From Eledone cirrhosa (Eukaryota), in contig OZ024743.1 in assembly GCA_964016885.1 (NCBI GenBank), positions 326,616,001-326,680,000 of the forward strand: 64,000 nucleotides of DNA. Direction: 5' to 3'. Numbering within the stretch: position 1 is the first letter of the stretch; each line of letters begins with the position of its first letter. The notes beneath the pieces are model-generated. The model saw only the letters and a program-made list of their open reading frames with translations, had not been told where the DNA came from and made no database searches. Position numbers and translations under genes: made by a program. Positions 53,761 through 64,000 of this stretch are shown piece after piece.

Positions 53761-56700
53761 GTAATTTTTATTTGGTCTCATCACAGATTTCCTCTCTGCT
53801 AGTGTACCTCTCAACTGTCAATCAAATTATAGCCACGCCCTCGAAGAGATAGATTCGAATCAAATTATATCAGATTTATTTCTCATTTGCTATCGAAACG
53901 GTAAAAGTATAGCCGTAATACTAAGAATCATTATAACATATATGCGCCGTTGTGTGTGTGTATGTGTGTGTGTGTGTATAGTCTTTGAAAAAACACACAC
54001 ATACATGCGCATTTCTATACACACATCCATACATACGCATGCGCTGACCCCCTACATCCCATAAAAAGACAAGATGATGTAAATAGAACAAGATCAGAAG
54101 AAAGAGAAGACACAGAGGAGCAAGAATTACCATTGAGGTCTCAGAATGTATGGTGAAAGAGCTTTGGCAATTAAATATATCCAAATCTCTTTCTCTTCCT
54201 CTCTTTCTCGTTCACTCTCTATCTAACTATCTATCTATCTATCTATTTATTTATTTATCTCTCTACCTCCCTCTGGAAGAAATCGGCTCTGTTCTGGCTT
54301 GGAGAATGATGGTTTCAGCCAGATTTTAAATATCTAAGACTCGCTTTATGCCATGACTGCACACCTACGATCCCATTAGTTGAGGAACATTAATGAATAA
54401 ATAGTTGTTTGAATTTATATCAATGTTTTACTGGAGGTTTTATTTTACGAACCAACGATTGAGCTTGTACGTGAACACATAACATGCTAGAAATAACAGT
54501 ACACTGTACCGTCTTCAAAATAATATATCTGCTTGATCAGAATTGACCTGCAGCTACTCAACATCTATTGGGTTTTGTTTTTTTTCAATCAATCTTTGAC
54601 AGATTGAATATGGTAAATTAAAAACTCAGAATATAAAAATAAGATATTATATAGGCACCAGACTCAGAAGATCGTACTTTCATTTTCTGGGGTACTGTCC
54701 TTCATTCGAAACATCATTCAACCCCGCTCCATGTCTAAACTACAACACTTGAATAACTACATAGATTGTAACTAGTCGGTAGAATGTGGATAAATGGTTA
54801 AGAAGTTCGCTTCACAATGGCTAGGTCCCGGGTTTGTTCCTACTGCGTGAAATCTTGGGTAAAAGTTATTTTGTACCATAGCCTCGGATAGACCCAAGCC
54901 ATATGAATGAAATTGGGTAGACAGAAACTGATTCAAAAGGCCAGCTCTGTCGCTCGCTGTGTACACTGACTTTTCCTGGGAATTACGTTAACGATACACG
55001 TGTCTGTGAAATACTCAGCCACTTACGTGTTAATTTCAGGAACAGGATGTTCATTGATCCAACAACTAGAACACTCATCGCCGAAACCGACAGAGATCTA
55101 TTCCGGATCATTTGTGTTTTGGTTTTAACGTAATGACATACTTAAATTAAATACTTTGCTAATTATCTCCAAAAATCAATAATATACAACTATATTGGAT
55201 AAGTGATTAATTTCAAGCATTGAACACGAAATATCATAATATAAAATATAATTATTTTTAATTGGGAGGGAGGGCAAGTCGGTTAAAGGGATCTCAGTAC
55301 TTGACTATTATTCTATATTATTGTCCCCGAAATGATAAAAGGCAAATTTGAACTCGGTTGGGTTTGAACTCAGAACTTAAAGAGCCGGAACAAATACTGT
55401 TAAGCATTTGTCCGAGAACATAAATAATATGAACAATAGAGAGAGACGCATTGAGTACTAAAGAAGACAAGCCCCCAGCCCCCACCACTTCCACATTTCT
55501 GGTGGCGTACACTAAATTGATCTCATGGTCAATTTAGTAACTCACCATGTTACACTGACTACTGGGTTATGAATATTTATGAAATTACTAGAGGGGAAAT
55601 TCCAACGCCACCTGTGGCGTCTGGTTGAATGTGTGTCTTCTTACACGTTTTTCTCTTTTTTTTTTATAAATTGTGTTTATTTGTATGCATAATTATGTGA
55701 AATGAATAAATAGGAAGAAATGTGTGCCAGAATGTCTTGGAGTAGCATAAGATATTTAGTGAAACAGTGTTTCACGTCTTCCAGACCACAGTCTTTCATA
55801 TTGTCAATATAATATAATCCACATCAAAGAGAATTAAAAGAAAGATCTACAGATTGTGGAAAACAAAAGATAACTGTATGAAAAGACGACTCTGGGAATT
55901 GGTTTCTCTGGCTTTATCATTCCTTATTCTGGTCAGGACGAAACATCTTTAACAAAACAAGAAAAAATATATAATCAATAGCTTTAAAAGAGCTGGTAGA
56001 TTATAGTACGACAGTGTAGTATTCTGAGTATCGATCACTTATTGATAGATTATAGTAGATCAATGAAGTGTTCTGAGTATCGATCACTTATTGATAGGAA
56101 TGGGCCACTATTTGTTTCAACGATGAGTATTTCAGTTGCTCAATAAACGGAACAGCCTTGTGGAATTAACGTGTAATTATCAGGAAGATTCAGCATGACA
56201 CAGTGCGTGTCAAGGCTGCTTCCTTGGATTACAGATACGGTAGTCCATCAGACAGGCTTCCACACAGTTTCCGTCTACACAATTTCACTCACAAGACATA
56301 GGTCACCTCAAGACAATGGTGACACTCGCCCAAGATACCACCGGACCTAATGTCTACGAAACGAACTTCTTAACCATCCGGCCATGCTGCGTCCCCCGGA
56401 AACACAGATGAGCCAATGAAGAAGCCTCTGTACGGTTGTTCGACTTCCTAGAAATAGCAGCCATATCTACCTCAAATCACACCCTATCATCTTAAAAAAG
56501 AAAACTTATAGATAATGTAATCCTAAATACATTGCCTGAAAAATTGAAATACACACACAGACAATCCATTCTATAGCAAAGATGAAATGAATTGTTAAAA
56601 CTAACGAATGGTGGTGGGTGAATACACGTCTGAGTGTGCGTATTTGTAATATGTGTGTGTGGGATATGTGTATGTATGGTAAAAAGGAACACTTTATAAA

Positions 56701-59446
56701 GATTTTGTAAGATGGAACAAAATATTTAGTGTGAGTGTGTGTGTGTGTGTGTGTACGTGCATGTATATGTGTCAATGTGTGAGGCTCACGATCATAATGT
56801 CGTGAGTTCAATTTCCGGCGGTGTGTTGTGTCTTGAGCAAGAGACGTTATTTCACATTATTGTAGTTCAATCGGCTGGCAAAAATGAGTTGTATCTGTAA
56901 TTCAAAGGACTAGCCTTGTCACACACTATGTCATGCCGATTCTCACTGAGAATTGCGTTAAGGGATCACGTGTCTGTGGAATACTCATCCACTTGCACGT
57001 TGATTTCATGAGCATGTTGTTTTGTTGATCAAACAACTGAAACACTTATCGTCGTAACCGACGGAGGTCTAACCATATGTATGTGCATGTGTTTATGGTG
57101 CGCAGACAGAATACGTATAGCACTTATAAATATTTTGATCGTACTTTATAGTACAGGGTGACCACAAAAACACTCCTTGATTTCAAATACTTATAATACG
57201 AAAACTTAAATGAATATTCCTACAATATGTGTGGCTACAGTTGCATAAACTAACAAAGTTTCCTGTGGTATTCGTTGATACCATAGACACTCAATGGGTG
57301 CCCCTTTTATTGCTCAGCAAACATCAATGCTATAATCTAACTGAGTATTTCTGTGGTCTCCCTGAAAATGTTTGGCTCATCATGATTTATATTGTTTTAT
57401 TAATAGGTTGGTATTGGTTGATATCTTAGAAAGATCTCTTTTAATTTCGCTTTCGATATATTATACTAAAACGTTCGTATAAAATGAATGTTTTAAAATG
57501 ACTGTTCTATGAAGCTTCTCTGTCGACTTATATTCCAGTTGATTCGATCAACCGAACAGCCTGCTCGTGAAATTAAAGTGCAAGTGACTGAGCATCCCAC
57601 AGACACATGTACGCTTCGTGTATTTGTCAGGGAGAGTCAATGTGATACAGGGTGTGACAAGGCTGAAGTAGTTCTAAAAAGATTTTCAAACACTGCAATG
57701 ATTATGTTCACCCCTTCCAATGATATATAGCAGCGATGGTGACGTCATATGAATCCATTAACAATGGCTGCTTCATCTTAGCCAGTTGTCCCTTAAATAT
57801 TCACATTGATTTAGTAGTGGTTCTCATAACCTACTGAATTTGGGAGCTACTACATGGTCGCTCTACCTGCTTGAAATAGCAGCAAAATCTTCCTTAATTC
57901 ACAGGTCTTAAGTAAGGAAAAAAAAAGCTCATTTATGGAAATCTGGATGGTTACGAGTGGGAGCCTTTTAATCATATATCTGCTCAGTAAAAGTTAACCT
58001 GGGACTGTACATCATCTATTTCCTGTAGTATATCTGAAGAGAGTCAACCTAATGAATCCATCCAAACCATCTTCAGGCTATTCCAAAACGAGAAATTGAA
58101 TTCACCACTACTGTTAACAAGAGCCAACGGCAGAAGTCTCAAGCTCACAATACTTGCTAGAAATATTGATTTCTAATTTAGACATAAGGCCAACAATTTG
58201 AGGGAAGAGGAAAGACGAATGCATCGACCCAGTACATGACTGGTACTTTATTTCATTGACTCCAGAATGATGGAAAGCAAAGTTGACCTCAGCAGGGTTT
58301 GATCTCAAATCGTAAAAAGCCGTAACTAATACTTGCAGGAAATATTAGCCAAATCTCCCTCATATCCTACCCTAATATCTTTAAAAGGGAAGGATACAAT
58401 TAGATACTGCAATCCTTGATAGATTCCGCCCGCAATAAAAGGAAACAGGGTAGCTACATTTGGAAGGCACTTGATCATAGGTCTGTTTAATGTCATGGCT
58501 AATCCAAGACCAAATAACATGAATAACAACACATAAATAATTAGAAATAGAACAGTACGGTTGTGAACTGATCAGGTTTATCTTTTTTCATATCATGAAT
58601 TTGTGATTTGAAGAAACTTTATTTCAATAACAGACGTGTCGTTATCCAAGTCCCACACTGTGTCACAATGAATTTCTCCGAGAACTACATTAACGGTACT
58701 CGTGTCTGTTCAGCCATTTGTACGTTATTTTCATGAATAAGCTGTTCCATTGATCAAACAACTGGAATACTCGTCGTCTAAACCGACCGAGGTCCAACAC
58801 ACAAGAGTGTTGTTAGTTACAGGATTCCAGCAGGTTAATTACTGGTGCAGTAGCTAATTTGCTTCTTCATTTGTTAAGATTCACAACAGAAATAATATCA
58901 TTCTTCAGTCTTCAAGTGAAATAAATTAAATTACCTCTATACTCTATATTCTGAATTTAATATATATTTTTAAATATAGTTGTCGATATGTGGAGGGGGC
59001 AATATATTCCTTAATTTCTCTGGTCAAGGGAAAGGAAAGCCAATGAGCTCACTTGATTAGCACGTCGTGCTAATTGTTGCTACTTTAGGCATAAGGCCAG
59101 CAATTTGAAGGGAAGGGGAAAGTCGATTAAATCGACCCCAGTGCATTACTGCTACTTTATTTTATCAACCCTTTACCGATGAAAGGCAAAGCTAACTTCA
59201 GAACCTAAAAGGCCGTAATTCTATACTGCTAAGAATATTGTCCGACACTTTACCGATACTGCCAATCCACCGCCCTTCGTGCTAATAACGCCAACACTAT
59301 TAGTTCGATCCTCATACTAACCAGGTTTCAATTTTGTTTATTTATTCTTATTTATTTATTATCCAGGTGAATACATTTAGCTGAATTTAATTTCTACGTT
59401 ACCAACACTGTAATAAATCAATGTTTTAATTATCTGCCTCTTAGTG

Positions 59447-59483
<37 letters not shown>

Positions 59484-59885
59484 TTTCTCTCCCTCTCCCT
59501 TTCTCAGCTTTTTTCTCTTACTCTTTCAATTTCTATTTAATTATCAATCTCGATGTTTTGTTTCACAATTACAATGTCCACTCCGTCATCACTTCCGCTT
59601 ACCATCAGCGCCATTTTTAATTCTTTTACTGATCTCTCGGTCTCGTACTATTACTTCACTCTCCTGCTTCCCCCACTTTCATACTTTGTTTATCCTTTCT
59701 TCCCCACTCTCCGTCACTCCTACTCTATACCCTCCTATCCTTTCAATTAACCTTAACTTCCGATCTGTACCTCGAATTAGATAATCAGTGCTTATATGTC
59801 TGTCGTTCTTTTACTTTGCAATTACATTTTTTCTGTTTCATTGTAATTTAAAATTGTCTTTTTATTAATGTTTCCATCAATAATG

Positions 59886-60100
59886 ATTTCTACTATAGGC
59901 ACAAGGCCAGCAATTTGGGGAGAGAGGAAAGTCGATTAAATCGACCCCAGTGCATTACTGGTGCTTTATTTTATCGACCCCGTAAGGATGAAAGGCAAAG
60001 CTAACCTCGGCGGGATTTGAACTCAGACCGTAGAGGACCGTAACTCTATGCTGCAAAGCATGGTGTCTGACATTCTACTGATATTGCCAATCCACCGCCT
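59886..60100 (-). mobile_element. SINE family A with TSD
   Basis: TTCCATCAATAATG on both flanks. Other minus-strand copies at about 14598, 55260, 58170, 59082 and 61390. Confidence 0.85.
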
Positions 60101-60194
60101 TTCCATCAATAATGCTGTGGAAAAGATGTTCCCCACTTACAACGTCCTTTACTGCCAAATGCAAGCGAGCTCTGACAATAGCAGAAACAGATGA

Positions 60195-60255
60195 TCAAAA
60201 ATCCTGCTTTGCTCATGGCCAATTTTATGTAGGATGTTCAAGAGCTGCAAGCCTT
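60195..60255 (+). pseudogene. Tiny Helitron helicase remnant
   Basis: CFAHGQFYVGCSRA matches the FSHGQLYVACSRV motif. Confidence 0.55.
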
Positions 60256-62674
60256 ACATAATAAAATATAATGCACATCCTGAGGAGCTGCCATGACAGT
60301 GTTCAAAATTCCTAAAGCTATGCTGGTTACACATCGAAAGTTAAAGCTGAGATTCATCGCAGTTCTTAATATAGTTTTATTGTTGCAAGCATTGCTTCAG
60401 GCCAGTTCCAATATTTGGTTGCGGGATTAGCTCCGGTCTCTTTAATTAACATATGTTATGAGAATAATTTTATTTCTATCGGTTGTTTACCTCCCGATAA
60501 TCCGATTTCCACTATATTTTAAAGTATTTTAAAGATTAAATTATTTCAAGAAAAATTATATATTATATTTCGTTGAATAATTGGAAGAACTCAACGCAAA
60601 ATACCGTCATGACAGCGTCAGGTAAAATTTACCTCAAAGGATAGAAATCAGCGGCTACAAGTACGTTGGCCCGCAGAACTTTGTATATAATATTATATAC
60701 AATAATAGTTTCGAATTAAAAAAAATGGTTTTCCCTTTCGCTAAATCTTGTGTTCCTATTTCATATGAATTAGATATATGGCATTTATACAGTTGAATTA
60801 TATAGTCTACTCGTGGACACAGTGTTTAAAGTGTTCGCTTCGCAAACATTTGGTTCCATGTTTAATCCCACTGCATGGCATCTTGTCCAAGTACCATTTA
60901 CTATAACCTCGGGTATACGCAAGCCTTGTGGGGGAAAACTGAGTAGACGGGAAATGTTTGGAAGCTCGTCACATGGACCTTGCCTGTAATTCAAACGGCC
61001 AAACTTGTCACACACACACATACATACACACACACATACACACACATACACACACACACGCACATACACACACACACACTCACTCACACTATGTCACGAC
61101 GAATCTTTCTGAGAACTACATTAACGGTATACGTGTCTGTAGAATGCTTAACTACATGCAGACTGTTCCGTTGATCGAACAACTGGAATACCTATCGTTG
61201 AAACCAATGAAGATCCATTTCAAATTTTCTATTCATAGTCAGGAAAAAAATGACTCTCTTAAATAGTTAAAGATACAGAAAAAGAAAGCAGTAATGGAAA
61301 GACGATAAATGCCATAATTGAGAGGAAAAAGAAGGAAAGAGCAAGGACTATCAGACAAAGTATGAATGAAGGAGGGGGGGGGGGGGGGGGGGACTGGTAC
61401 TTTATTCATTTTGTCGATCTTCTAAAAGATGAAAGCCAACGGGAAACTTGACGGGATTTGAACTCAGAACGTAAAAGAATATAGTAGAATATCGAGAAAA
61501 AAATCAAATCAATTAACCTGGTGGTCTACCGGTTCACTATTCATTACTCGATGTGAGTACGAATCAGATTTATAGAATATAGTAAATGTTTTTATATTTT
61601 TGTTTTGGTATTTATCTATTTGTTTCTGTTCTTTTTTTTATATTCAGGTAAAAATTACGTCCATATGTTTCTGCTTCCTTTTGGGATTGGGAGTATTGTT
61701 CAGCTCCTGGGCTGAAGCCGGCTGCGCCAGACCTTGCCTTTTGAATTTCTTTCGGTGTGTCAGAAGCAGTGAAGGAGAATGTTGTAATGGTTATAGAATT
61801 TGCATGAAAGACGCCTGTGATGTTACAAATCCTTCGTAAGTACGACTTCGTCACTTTCATGGTATTTATCTTTATATCCCACTTTGATCTATTAATATTC
61901 TCGTAGAGATTTATAGAACACCTAAGATTTAACAGCAAATGACTCATTCTTCTTCTTTTCTTATCCTCATTACTGAGGGCCAGCGAGCATACACCAATAC
62001 TCTTCACTGGCACCTCTTCCTCGCCATAACCGAGCACTCCACTAGCGATCTTCTCGTCCAATCCCTGGTGTCATCACCCAACTCTCCTTTATCTTCCTCT
62101 GTATCTTCTGCCATCGATGTGTCCCTCCAGCGATATGGGTTTAAAAGATCTGGGCTCTGGTGACATAGCCAAAGTATTGTAGCTTTCGCTTCTTTGTGAT
62201 AAAGGACGCACACCTTTTCGAATAATGTTACTGGAGTAAGAGGAGTATAATGGTTGACACCAGAAATGGAGATACTTAGCTCTCTCAACGGCTCAGTCAA
62301 GCTAGCTGTATCCACTTTGAATAGTGTAGTTCATCTTGTTGAACCTATAGCGTTGGGCCTATAACGCTCGAATCCTTATAACTAGCGGCCAAATCACATG
62401 CTTTGAAAAAAGTACAGACAGTGTAATCCTGAAAATATATGGAAACAGTTTGAAAACTTGTCGGATGTACTGTACCTATTGTTCAAAGGGCCACTTTCAC
62501 GTTGAATTTATCTGGGAATTCCATTAAGAGTACACGTGTGTGTGTGAAATGCTCAACCACTTGCACGGTAATATCATGCGCTGGCTGTTCCATTGATCAA
62601 ATAACTGGAACACACGTCGTCGAAACTGACGGAGATCCATTCCATTCCATCCCATATGAGTGTGTATACATCTC

Positions 62675-62935
62675 TTTTTCGCTCTCTCGCGCGCGCTCTT
62701 TCTATCTTTCGCTCTCTCCTCTTCTCTCTCTCTTCTCTCTCTCTCCCCTCTTCTCTCTCTCTCCCCTCTTCTCTCTCTCTTTTTCTCTCTCTCTCTTCTC
62801 TCTCTCTCTTTCTCTCTCCTCTTCTCTCTCTCTTCTTCTCTCTCTTTTCTCTCTCTCTCTCCTCTTCTCTCTCTCTTCTTCTCTCTCCTTCTCTCTCTCT
62901 CTCTCTCTCTCGCTTTTTCTCTCTCCCTCTTTTTC
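62675..62935. repeat. Imperfect (CT)n polypyrimidine tract
   Basis: Direct reading. Confidence 0.9.
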
Positions 62936-63560
62936 TTGGTGTTTTGGTAGAATTTGTAAAGCGTCCGATAAAATGTCGTTTGTTCTGGCTCTATAAATTC
63001 TGAATTCAGATTCCTCCAATGTCGACTTTGCCTTTCACCCTTCTAAGGTCGATAAAATAAAATACCTGTTAAGTACTAGATTTGATATCATCGACTTTTC
63101 CCTTCCCCAAAATTTGCTTGCCTTGTGCCTAAATCATAATCCTTGTTAGAAAGAATTCTATTAAAATATATTCTTTGCAAGTACACGAAAGTTTAATACC
63201 GTTCCGTGTTAATGCTGTAAAAGCCCACCATTTTGATCGTCTGCCAACACCTTTGCATGACCTTTCCAAACATTTCTTAAATGATTCTGCCTTAGTCACT
63301 ATGTGTCGTCTGTTCAGACTCAACAATTTCGTAATCGTCTAAATGACGACTATTGCAGACTCGTGAATAATTCGATAAGGTATGACAGCTAGTTTCTCTC
63401 TCCCCAGATAAAAATAAATTGAACAATAGTGATATACTTCATGATGATTGATGAATGCAATTTTAAATACGTACGTCGTCAGTTTATTTTATTGACTACA
63501 AATTACAGCTTGAAATTATCGTGTCTATGTATGTGTCTGTATGTCTGTATTTATGTTTAG

Positions 63561-63617
<57 letters not shown>

Positions 63618-63663
63618 GAAAGCAGCGATTCTTTGCTTAAACTTTAATCTGTTATTTTAATAA

Positions 63664-63701
<38 letters not shown>

Positions 63702-63721
63702 CTGAGTGTGTTTATATTATA

Positions 63722-63764
<43 letters not shown>

Positions 63765-64000
63765 GTTGCCTAAGTTAGATTATCATCTATAATCTCGCTT
63801 GCATATATATATATATATACATATACATTTATATACATATATGAATCTATAAATGTATACATATGTAATACATGTGTGTGTGGGTGGGGGGGTGTCACTC
63901 TGTGTTTGTATATATATATAAGTTCATTTATTCAATTTCTTACGCATAGCTATGATGTTTCAGCAAAACTGAAGAAATTTAGTGAGGTATCAACTTGCTT

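Overview
This is AT-rich eukaryotic genomic DNA dominated by repeats. The SINE families and the extreme (TA)n/(CA)n/(GA)n content suggest a cephalopod such as octopus, which is an inference. I see no complete host gene. There is one convincing Pol II core promoter with an ATG-only first exon at about 45.55-45.68 kb. The retroelements are two long Tx1-clade LINEs in opposite orientation (one with an uninterrupted 1143-aa ORF2, one full-length with a 15-bp TSD), a decayed CR1-type LINE, more than 20 copies of a tRNA-derived SINE and Penelope-like remnants. The DNA elements are Helitrons, a 10.4-kb nested hAT element with intact TIRs and an 8-bp TSD, and hAT and piggyBac MITEs. The most notable signal is a dense set of minimal type I hammerhead-ribozyme motifs. 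Five have intact cores (778, 1341, 16114, 23545, 52472) and several more are decayed. They lie in short unrelated units embedded in microsatellites, some as head-to-head palindromes and two next to an octamer motif, which resembles Penelope pLTRs or non-LTR retrozymes. All folds were done by eye.
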